Assembly (NCBI GenBank): GCA_016207885.1
Contig: JACQZE010000014.1
Location: forward strand, 25,724 to 89,723
Length of the DNA stretch: 64,000 bases
From: Nitrospirota bacterium
Lineage (GTDB): Bacteria; Nitrospirota; Thermodesulfovibrionia; UBA6902
Direction: 5' to 3'
This document shows positions 19,909 to 28,051 of this stretch, piece after piece. Position 1 is the first letter of the stretch; each line of letters begins with the position of its first letter. A model generated the notes under the pieces. It did not search any database. It saw nothing but the letters and a program-made list of their open reading frames with translations, and was not told the DNA's origin. The position numbers and the translations under genes were made by a program.

Positions 19909-20808
19909 TTACTCAGGATTATTACACCTTGCATCCCACCTTGGATCTACCTGCTCAAAGCAGTAAATATGATAATAGTTGTCACAATACTCCCAGTCGT
20001 AATCAGTCCAATCTTCATAATAAGCACTTGAATAACCTATATTGGCTTCATTATTATCGCTTGTCCAGTCATCACAGAATTCCGATGCATCACCAAAACT
20101 GCCGGCAGGATAGCCGTCGTATTCTGTCCCTGTCCAGACGTAGTCATCGCTTTGTCCATTAGCATATTGATTGAGCCAGATCGAAGTATTTAACTCTCCA
20201 TCGGCAAGGTCATACCAGTCGTAAGCAATTATTGTTTCGTCAGTTAATACATAGTTCTGGTCTGAATGGTCCCAGGAATCTGCAGGGCTGTAGCCTCTGC
20301 TTGTTGAGAGCCATGCCTTGTATGTTCCGCTAAGCCCTGCATCATCAGCAAGTTCCTGGCATGTCCGGTCAGCGCCGGTTATACCGTTGAGGTCACCGGA
20401 GTAGGAGTCGCTTGAAACAAAGACCGTGAGGTCTTTATCGCAGTCTACGCAGGTAATGGCATCAATGAGATCATCAGCCTGTTGAAGCAGGTCAGCGCCG
20501 TCCTCTCCGTTAATATCATTTGTTTTCACATACTTCTGAATGTACATCTTTAACTGTTCAACGTATCTTATGGCATAATTTTCCGATCTGATGTCTCCCT
20601 GAAGAGCGCCCGGAATCTTCTTTTCACAATTGTCCAACTGGCCATTAAGGCGGGATCTGACGGTGCGGCTGTTAACCCAACTGTTAATGTCCCCGGACAT
20701 CTCATCAATGAGCTGATAAGGGTCATCGCATCCTATCGCATAAGCAGAAGAGACAAACAGTGCTAAGGAGAAGCAGAAGATAAGAGCTAAGAATACTTTC
20801 TTGTACAT
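19909..20808 (-). CDS. Secreted protein with an endostatin-like/C-type-lectin-fold (DUF1554-like) domain
   Basis: 299 aa with a signal peptide (MYKKVFLALIFCFSLALFVSSAYA). The pattern VFVSSDSYSGDLNGITGADRTCQELADDAGLSGTYKAWLSTS ... VWTGT ... C..W ... YCFEQ is present. Confidence 0.45.
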   Translation of the reverse strand: MYKKVFLALIFCFSLALFVSSAYAIGCDDPYQLIDEMSGDINSWVNSRTVRSRLNGQLDNCEKKIPGALQGDIRSENYAIRYVEQLKMYIQKYVKTNDINGEDGADLLQQADDLIDAITCVDCDKDLTVFVSSDSYSGDLNGITGADRTCQELADDAGLSGTYKAWLSTSRGYSPADSWDHSDQNYVLTDETIIAYDWYDLADGELNTSIWLNQYANGQSDDYVWTGTEYDGYPAGSFGDASEFCDDWTSDNNEANIGYSSAYYEDWTDYDWEYCDNYYHIYCFEQVDPRWDARCNNPE

Positions 20809-20897
20809 ATTACACCTCCAATTTATTAGATTTACTTCCTTAAGGAAATATCATTTATACCGGGATATTGCAATTATGCTTCAATCTGCCGGTTGTG

Positions 20898-20932
20898 TCA
20901 AGAATTATTTCATCAATCAGCAGAATTCTTGA
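20898..20932. promoter_or_regulatory. Inverted repeat (candidate operator) in the divergent region upstream of the hydrogenase operon
   Basis: tcaagaatt (20898-20906) and aattcttga (20924-20932) are perfect 9-bp inverted arms separated by 17 nt. Confidence 0.3.
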
Positions 20933-21037
20933 TTTATCATGAATTTGATATACAATTATTAAAGTCGCAGGTATTATTTCAAGTTGTTCTGTGCGGAATA
21001 ATATATCAATCAATGGATGAAAGGCGATTGTTAATTT

Positions 21038-22051
21038 ATGCTCTTTTTCACTTTAAGAAAAGACAGGCTTCCTGAGTTCCTCGATGCTGTTAGTAAACAT
21101 TACAGCCTTATCGTCCCTGAGCAGAAGGGAAGTAAAACATATACGTTCAGGCAATATACAGAATTTTCAAAAGTAAGCCTTGAATTTATACGGACGATCA
21201 TCCCTCCTAAGAAATTCATCTTCCCGCCTGTGGAGAAGCTCTTCTCTGCGGATAAGGAATGCAGGATAGATGCATCTTATGAAGATGCGCCCTTCAGCAT
21301 TATCTTCGGGCTTCATCCATGCGACATCCACGGCATAGAGATTTTGGACAAGGCATTTTCATACGGCGGACGGGACTCATTTTACTGGAGACGGCGGGAG
21401 AAGTTTGGATTTATTGGGCTGAGCTGCCTGCCTGATAAATACTGCCTCTGCAAATCAATGCATACCGATTTCATAGAGAGCGTTTATGATATCTTTCTCT
21501 ACACCCTTGACGATGTGTATATGGTGAGTGTGCGCACTGCTCTCGGAGATGACATGCTGAGGCTCTGCCCTGACTTATTTAATAAACCAGCCAAAGAAGA
21601 GATACTTGAATACAAGGAAAGGATACAGATAAGAGACTCGATGTTCACGCGCATAATGGATACGACAAATCTTGCGGACCTTCTGACGCTTGAGTATAAA
21701 AATGATATATGGGAAGAGTACAGCAGGAGATGCCTCTTCTGCGGGAGCTGCGTAATGGTCTGCCCCACATGCCAGTGCTTTGATGTCTATGACTCTCCGG
21801 ATGTTATCGCAGGAAGCAGCCTCAGGATAAGGAGATGGGATGCCTGCATGCGCAAGGACTACGCGCTTGTTACAGGCGGGCACAATTTCCGCGGCGGCCG
21901 TCCTGAGAGGTTCAGGTTCAGGTATCTGCATAAGGAAACGGGATTCGGCGAGATGCACGGCAAGGCCTCATGCACAGGATGCGGACGATGCAGCGAGACC
22001 TGTCCGGCAGGCATAGACATGGTCGAGGTTGTAAGGAGGATACGCGAATGA
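21038..22051 (+). CDS. hydB: Group 3b NiFe hydrogenase (sulfhydrogenase) beta subunit, AsrA-like FeS protein
   Basis: 337 aa with CLFCGSCVMVCPTC and CTGCGRCSETCP cluster motifs. It is first in the beta-gamma-delta-alpha order. Confidence 0.7.
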   Translation: MLFFTLRKDRLPEFLDAVSKHYSLIVPEQKGSKTYTFRQYTEFSKVSLEFIRTIIPPKKFIFPPVEKLFSADKECRIDASYEDAPFSIIFGLHPCDIHGIEILDKAFSYGGRDSFYWRRREKFGFIGLSCLPDKYCLCKSMHTDFIESVYDIFLYTLDDVYMVSVRTALGDDMLRLCPDLFNKPAKEEILEYKERIQIRDSMFTRIMDTTNLADLLTLEYKNDIWEEYSRRCLFCGSCVMVCPTCQCFDVYDSPDVIAGSSLRIRRWDACMRKDYALVTGGHNFRGGRPERFRFRYLHKETGFGEMHGKASCTGCGRCSETCPAGIDMVEVVRRIRE

Positions 22052-22875
22052 GCCTTGTGCCTGTGATAGCGAGACTGGAGGAGAAGAGGGCGCTTGACCC
22101 TAATCACAGCCTCTTCAGATTTATATTTGAAGAAGAGCATGCAAGAGATAAATTTCATTTTCAGCCGGGACAGTTTGTAATGCTCAGCATATTCGGTGTT
22201 GGAGAAGCTCCCATATCCATCACATCAGGGCCTGATGAAAAAGGCTTCATAGACCTGTGCGTGAGAAAGGCAGGCAGGGTCACCACCGCTCTGTACAGCC
22301 TTGAGGCGAATAGCAAAGTCGGCATCCGCGGCCCTTTTGGCAACGGATATCCGGTAGATACAATGAAAGGCGGCAACCTGCTTATAGTTGCAGGAGGCCT
22401 CGGCATAGCTCCGCTCAGGTCTTTGATACGTTATGTGCTGTGGAGGAGAGGATCTTTTAAAGAGGTCGGCATCGTCTATGGAACGAAAAATCCCGCAAGC
22501 CTTCTCTTTGGCGAAGAGATGCGGGAACTCGTCACGAGGGCTGATATAAAATGCATGCTCACAGTGGACAGCGCGCAGGATGATGGATCATGGAAAGGGC
22601 ATGTGGGTTCTGTCACAGGCCTTATCGATATGACAGGTATGCCTCTCGTGGATACATCTGTCGCAGTCTGCGGGCCGCCCGGTTTTTATAAATATGTTCT
22701 TGAGAAACTTCTCATGCTCGGCTGCTCAAAGGGAAAGATCTACATGTCTCTTGAGAGAAGGATGGAGTGCGGAGAGGGAAAGTGCGGACACTGTGTCATA
22801 GGGCATAAGTACACCTGCATTGACGGGCCGATATTCACATATTGGGATGCTATAAATCTTCCGGAGATATTTTAG
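22048..22875 (+). CDS. hydG: Sulfhydrogenase gamma subunit (FAD/NAD(P)-binding, 2Fe-2S)
   Basis: Ferredoxin-reductase-type fold (GQFVMLSIFGVGEAPISI, LIVAGGLGIAP) with a C-terminal CGEGKCGHC. The start is set at ATG 22048, overlapping the hydB stop; the ORF-track start at 21970 lies inside hydB. Confidence 0.75.
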   Translation: MSLVPVIARLEEKRALDPNHSLFRFIFEEEHARDKFHFQPGQFVMLSIFGVGEAPISITSGPDEKGFIDLCVRKAGRVTTALYSLEANSKVGIRGPFGNGYPVDTMKGGNLLIVAGGLGIAPLRSLIRYVLWRRGSFKEVGIVYGTKNPASLLFGEEMRELVTRADIKCMLTVDSAQDDGSWKGHVGSVTGLIDMTGMPLVDTSVAVCGPPGFYKYVLEKLLMLGCSKGKIYMSLERRMECGEGKCGHCVIGHKYTCIDGPIFTYWDAINLPEIF

Positions 22876-23606
22876 TGGGAAAACCAAAGGCAGGCTTTTA
22901 CTCTCTGACATCATGCTCAGGCGATATCCTTGAGATAACAAATCTCGGCGAGGATATTCTCAAACTATTTGACCTCGTTGAGGTTGTCCACCTCAATGTT
23001 GCCATGCCGTCAACAGGCAAAGACCCTGACATCGCCTTTGTTGAAGGGGCTGTGACATCTTTGGATGATGAAAAATTTCTCAAAACCCTCCGCAAGAAAG
23101 TTAAACAGATTGTAGCCATCGGAACATGCGCGTGCACAGGCGGTGTGATAGCGCGCGGGCCGGAAGATAGAAGGAACTGGTTAATCGATGTCTATCCTGA
23201 ATCAGGCGCAGGTTTTGATATACACTTTCCAAGGCCCGTAAAGGATATCGTCTCTGTGGACTTCTCCATACCCGGGTGCCCGATAGAGAAGAAGTATCTT
23301 CTTCACTGCCTCGGTTATCTGCTCAAAGGCGTTCTGCCTGAGGTTCCTGCATATTCGGTCTGCATGGAGTGCAAGATGAAGGGCAATGAATGCCTTTTGA
23401 GATACAGGGGATCGGCATGTCTGGGGCCTGTTACCAAAGCGGGATGCGGAGCGAGGCAGCCTTCTCTCGGAAGGCCGTGCGACGGATGTTTCGGTTTTTA
23501 TGATGACGCAAATAAGGAATCGCTCATTGAGATATTCAGGGAGATGGGGCTGAGTGAAGATGAGATAAAGAAGAGGTTTGACCTCTTTCTGGAGCGAGGG
23601 CGATGA
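22875..23606 (+). CDS. hydD: Sulfhydrogenase delta subunit (NiFe hydrogenase small subunit)
   Basis: GFYSLTSCSGD proximal-cluster motif and further Cys clusters (GTCACTGG, CMECK, CDGCFG). The GTG start at 22875 abuts the hydG stop. Confidence 0.7.
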   Translation: MGKPKAGFYSLTSCSGDILEITNLGEDILKLFDLVEVVHLNVAMPSTGKDPDIAFVEGAVTSLDDEKFLKTLRKKVKQIVAIGTCACTGGVIARGPEDRRNWLIDVYPESGAGFDIHFPRPVKDIVSVDFSIPGCPIEKKYLLHCLGYLLKGVLPEVPAYSVCMECKMKGNECLLRYRGSACLGPVTKAGCGARQPSLGRPCDGCFGFYDDANKESLIEIFREMGLSEDEIKKRFDLFLERGR

Positions 23607-24853
23607 AAGAAGAATTGATAACCAGGATAGAAGGCCACGCAAATGTAAAGATCAATGTAAAAGGCCAAAAGCTCGAGTCTATAAAACTTGATGTGCTCAC
23701 TCCGCCCAGATTATTTGAGAAGCTGATCGTCGGAAGGCGCTTCAATGATGTGCCGACGATAGTCTCAAGGATATGCTCAATATGCGCTGCCTCCCACAGG
23801 ATAGTCTCGGTCATGGCGATAGAGTCTGCCTTTGGAGTAAAGATCCGTGAAGAGGCAAAACTGCTGAGAGAGCTTCTCCTGCACGGCGAGTCGCTTCAGA
23901 GCCACGGGCTTCATCTCTTTATGCTCGCATTGCCTGATTACTATGGCAAAAATTCTTTTGTCGAATTAGCAACAGATATGCCTGAGGTCGTCTCTCTCGG
24001 GTTTAAGATCAAGGGTCTTGGGAATGAGATTCAGCAGACTATCGGCGGCAGGGCTATCCATCAGATAATTCCTGTAGCCGGCGGCATGAGCGCGGCGCCG
24101 TCGCGTGAAGATCTCAAGGCGATCAGGGATAAGGCTGAACCTCTGATAGATGCCGTTGCTGAATTTCTCAAACAGATTCCTCCGATGAAGTCTTCATCAC
24201 TTGTTCAGGTTAAGAATTGGGTTTCACTTGCAGGCAATTCCGCAGGCGATGTGTTAATTAACGGCAAAGAGCAGGCCGGGGTCGAGAAGTTCTGGCAGCG
24301 GATGAATGAATCATCTCTGCCTCCTTCATATACAAAACATACGCTCCTTGAGAATGAGCCCTTCATGGTCGGCCCGCTTGCGAGGATGCTGAATGCAGCT
24401 CCTCTTCCCATAGGGCGTGCGGCTGATCTCATCGAAAGGATTGGAGTGACCAAAGACAGGTCTGTTTATATGAATAATCTTGCGCGCGGTGTTGAGATAG
24501 TGATATTTCTGGAGGAAGTGACAGAGATTATAAATAAATTGCTGGAGATGAATATTCCTGAAGACAGCGGTATAATAGTTGATGTCATCCCCAAGGCAGG
24601 TAAGGGATTCGCTGCTGTCGAGGCGCCGAGAGGGCTGCTGCTTCATACTTATACCTTTGACAGTAACGGCTATATTACAGAGGGCGACATAGTCACGCCT
24701 ACAGCGCTTAACCTTGCCGAGATGGAGCGTGGCCTGAGCATAATGGCAGAGGCGCTGCTGAAAGAGAAGGCGGATATAATACCTGAGCTTGAGACGCTGA
24801 TACGCGCCTTTGATCCATGCATATCCTGTTCCGTGCATGTTGTGAACCTCTAA
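23603..24853 (+). CDS. hydA: NiFe hydrogenase large (alpha) subunit, group 3b type
   Basis: 416 aa with N-terminal RIEGH, then RICSICAASH, and C-terminal DPCISCSVH followed by a 4-residue tail. Confidence 0.88.
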   Translation: MKEELITRIEGHANVKINVKGQKLESIKLDVLTPPRLFEKLIVGRRFNDVPTIVSRICSICAASHRIVSVMAIESAFGVKIREEAKLLRELLLHGESLQSHGLHLFMLALPDYYGKNSFVELATDMPEVVSLGFKIKGLGNEIQQTIGGRAIHQIIPVAGGMSAAPSREDLKAIRDKAEPLIDAVAEFLKQIPPMKSSSLVQVKNWVSLAGNSAGDVLINGKEQAGVEKFWQRMNESSLPPSYTKHTLLENEPFMVGPLARMLNAAPLPIGRAADLIERIGVTKDRSVYMNNLARGVEIVIFLEEVTEIINKLLEMNIPEDSGIIVDVIPKAGKGFAAVEAPRGLLLHTYTFDSNGYITEGDIVTPTALNLAEMERGLSIMAEALLKEKADIIPELETLIRAFDPCISCSVHVVNL

Positions 24854-24920
24854 ATTCCCGATCTTCGTTTCCTCAGGAAGTCCCGCAGGATCTGGCCGGA
24901 TTTATTTTTTTATATGTTAA

Positions 24921-25970
24921 ATGATAATAGGGGGTTCTATGAGAAAACAAGGAACGATGACGTATATTATGTTTGCCATGCTTGTTTGCAATTTTGTTTC
25001 TCTCTTTTTTGTAGGTGAAGCGGCTTGGCCGCATGATGCTTTGAAGGACGCGCGCGGACAGACTTTTACAGATCCGTCAAAGACATTTCCAATGCCCGAT
25101 AAATGGATAAAGCAGCCGATTAAATATGATAAAGAGAATAAGGGCGCTGATATCGTAATAATGATGGACCAGGATATTTACCATACTCTTTTGCCGGCCG
25201 TACAGAAATATGCAAAAGAGAAAAATCTGAAGATCAATATGATAGAAGGGACCTGCGGCATTGCTGCAGGTATGCTTTCAAAAAAGACAACGGACATGGG
25301 AGGTTTCTGCTGCCCCGCAGGAGCGGAGGACCGTCTGCCAGGGCTCAGGTTCCATACTATCGGAATTGTAGCCAAGGCTTTTTTTGTCAATCCTGAAAAT
25401 CCGGTTGATAATATTTCAGAGACCCAGCTTAGAGACTTATATCGCGGCAAGTTAGTTAGCTGGTCGGGGGTGATGACACAGGAAGGACAAAAGGGGCCGG
25501 ATAGGCCGATAAAAACTTTCGCAAGGCTTCATTGCCCGTTAAGACCCGGACATTGGAGACAGTTGCTGGACGATAAGACAAAATTTGGTCCGGGAGTTTC
25601 AGAGGTAGGTTCAATACCTGACATGATCTCGCAGGTTGCCTCAATAAAAGACGCGATTGGATGGGAAGTGCTTTCTATGGCTGAGAGAAATAAGAATTTG
25701 GGTATGGTTAAGCCGCTGAAGATCAATGGGTACCGGCCTAATGATTCCGGCGCGCTTGCTTTACTTAAGTATCCATTCTACAGGACTTACCAGGTCACAA
25801 CATGGGAGGGTAAGGGTGTTGAGAACCCTTATGCCACACAATTGGTGGAATATTTGATTAAAGAGTTTGAGAAACTTGATCCTGATAAATTCGGCTTTGT
25901 GTCGCAGAGCCGGCTCAGGAAGGCAGGGTGGCAATTCAGCGGAGATGAATTGACCGGAGAACCTAAATAA
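24921..25970 (+). CDS. Periplasmic substrate-binding protein, PstS/PBP_like_2 family
   Basis: 349 aa with a signal/anchor and ISETQLRDLYRGKLVSWSGV, typical of PstS-like binding proteins. It ends 4 nt before the GGDEF sensor gene. Confidence 0.6.
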   Translation: MIIGGSMRKQGTMTYIMFAMLVCNFVSLFFVGEAAWPHDALKDARGQTFTDPSKTFPMPDKWIKQPIKYDKENKGADIVIMMDQDIYHTLLPAVQKYAKEKNLKINMIEGTCGIAAGMLSKKTTDMGGFCCPAGAEDRLPGLRFHTIGIVAKAFFVNPENPVDNISETQLRDLYRGKLVSWSGVMTQEGQKGPDRPIKTFARLHCPLRPGHWRQLLDDKTKFGPGVSEVGSIPDMISQVASIKDAIGWEVLSMAERNKNLGMVKPLKINGYRPNDSGALALLKYPFYRTYQVTTWEGKGVENPYATQLVEYLIKEFEKLDPDKFGFVSQSRLRKAGWQFSGDELTGEPK

Positions 25971-25974
25971 GATT

Positions 25975-27942
25975 ATGAAAAAGGACTCTCGTATCGACAG
26001 GATCCTTTCCCATATCCCGCTTACACCAAAGTTTCTGATTATTACTTTATTGGCAGGTGTGGTGGTATGGGGAATCCTTGAATATTCCCAGGCGAACCGC
26101 CTGAAAAAAATAACTGATACTCAACTTACTTACCTGCTTCAGCAGCAGGCAAGAGAAGACAGGATACGTTTCGACAACTATGTAATGGCATACCATGATA
26201 TGGCGAGGTTGATCGTATCTCAAAAGGCCTTTATTGATCACATGCGAGAGTATTCAGGATTTTCAGATGAGAGCAAAGATGTTAAATACTATACCGAAAT
26301 TCCTTCCTGGCTTCCTGATGCCTCGGTGATGCGGCATTTTGTCAGAATCCATAATGCTGTCTTGATAGATGGAAGGGGCAGGGTCCGAGAGGTTTATAAT
26401 GGAATATCCAGGACTATACCGCAGTCGCTTCTTCCGCCATCGGCTCATCTATTGCAGATAAGCCGGGGACAGAGCATATTGACGATTGTTGACGGAGTCC
26501 ATTATCTGATCGTCTCGGAGGTTGTTAAAGACCATAATGGGGTTGTTACGTCTGTGCTTGTGCTTATCTCACCTCTTGACGATGAATTCCTCTCTAACAT
26601 GCAAGGTGTAAAATCAGATAAGGGCATAATAGCGCTGGTGGAGCCAATGCGTGAGCGGGTCGTTGCCAGTAATGTCCCTGACCTGATACCGGAGGGCACA
26701 CCGCTTGATACATTGACAGACCGTTATTTAATTACCTACAAGGAGTTCTTTGACTGGGGTGGGTCTGAAATATATATACAGTTTACTACTTTTGTATCTA
26801 AAGATGCCCTGAAAGAGATGAGCAGGTCTATGCTTTTTGAGGGAAGACGCCAGCGTTTCTTCATATCGCTTGCTCTTCTACTTTTATTTACAATGATAAT
26901 GCTTTCGATCACCAGGAAAATCCATCTGCTGGTCGAAAACATCGAGGATTCCTCGCGTAATATTTTGAACATGCGCCTCCCGATCGTCAGCAAGGGAAGA
27001 GATCAACTCCGGATTCTTGAAGAGCGCTTTGCCATGTTTACAGGCGAAATTATTGAATCGCATGAAAGGCTAAAGAAACTCAGCCGTAAGAATGAATCAA
27101 TTCTGGCTGCTGCCGGTGAAGGTATTATAGGTTTAGATACCGGCGGGCATCATACATTTGTTAATCCCGCTGCTGCAAGAATGCTCGGGTATTCTGTTGA
27201 AGAACTTATCGGGAAACGGTCTCATGAATTGTGGCATCATACAAAACCGGATGGAAGCCATCATCCATCCAAGGAATGTCCTATATATGCGGCGTTTACA
27301 GACGGAGTGGTTCACCATGAAACTGGGGATGTCTTCTGGAGGAAAGACGGAAGCAGTTTTCCCGTTGAATATAAAAGCACACCAATTGTTGAACAGGGGA
27401 ATGTAATTGGAGCAGTTGTAGCTTTTAGTGATATCACCGAGATGATTAAATTAAGAGAAGAACTGAAAAAACTTTCAATTACCGATGCCCTTACAGGTTT
27501 TTATAATCGCAGGGGATTTATTGCTTTCGCCACGCCAAAGTTGAAGCTTTCCCTGAGAAAAATGGAGAAGATATTATTGATTTATGCAGATATGGACAAC
27601 CTGAAGCCGATCAACGATAACTACGGTCATCAGGAAGGTGATAAGGCGTTGGCTGAAATAGCAAATATATTAAAGAGCACATTCAGGGAATCTGATATTC
27701 TTGCCCGGCTCGGTGGAGATGAATTTGCCATTTTGGCAATAGATGCCTGTGATGAAAAGGTTATTCATGAGCGTATTCAGAAAAATATAGACGCCTATAA
27801 TAAAACAGTAAATCCAGTTTATAAATTGTCTCTGAGCATCGGAATTGTCTGCTATGACCCGGGAAAACCATGTACGTTAGATGAGTTATTAAGCAAGGCA
27901 GATACATTGATGTATAACAACAAGTTGAGCAAAAAAGGATAA
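25975..27942 (+). CDS. Membrane sensor diguanylate cyclase (periplasmic domain-TM-PAS-GGDEF)
   Basis: 655 aa with a PAS region (ILAAAGEGIIGLD...). The GGDEF active site (RLGGDEFAIL) is preceded by an RESD I-site 5 residues upstream. Confidence 0.88.
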   Translation: MKKDSRIDRILSHIPLTPKFLIITLLAGVVVWGILEYSQANRLKKITDTQLTYLLQQQAREDRIRFDNYVMAYHDMARLIVSQKAFIDHMREYSGFSDESKDVKYYTEIPSWLPDASVMRHFVRIHNAVLIDGRGRVREVYNGISRTIPQSLLPPSAHLLQISRGQSILTIVDGVHYLIVSEVVKDHNGVVTSVLVLISPLDDEFLSNMQGVKSDKGIIALVEPMRERVVASNVPDLIPEGTPLDTLTDRYLITYKEFFDWGGSEIYIQFTTFVSKDALKEMSRSMLFEGRRQRFFISLALLLLFTMIMLSITRKIHLLVENIEDSSRNILNMRLPIVSKGRDQLRILEERFAMFTGEIIESHERLKKLSRKNESILAAAGEGIIGLDTGGHHTFVNPAAARMLGYSVEELIGKRSHELWHHTKPDGSHHPSKECPIYAAFTDGVVHHETGDVFWRKDGSSFPVEYKSTPIVEQGNVIGAVVAFSDITEMIKLREELKKLSITDALTGFYNRRGFIAFATPKLKLSLRKMEKILLIYADMDNLKPINDNYGHQEGDKALAEIANILKSTFRESDILARLGGDEFAILAIDACDEKVIHERIQKNIDAYNKTVNPVYKLSLSIGIVCYDPGKPCTLDELLSKADTLMYNNKLSKKG

Positions 27943-28051
27943 AAGCCGGGAAGGCCTAAAAGTCCAGATGCGGACAATGTCATAATGCCTCTATAACGCA
28001 AGCCGGGCTCAATTTTTATTACTCATAAAATATTTTTCTCTGAGGTGATAT

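Noticed and set aside
21970-22047. Extended start of the hydrogenase gamma subunit (ORF track 21970) and of the delta subunit (22842).
   Set aside because: Both extensions lie inside the preceding genes. ATG 22048 and GTG 22875 give stop/start overlaps typical of this operon and N-termini that match the domain starts.
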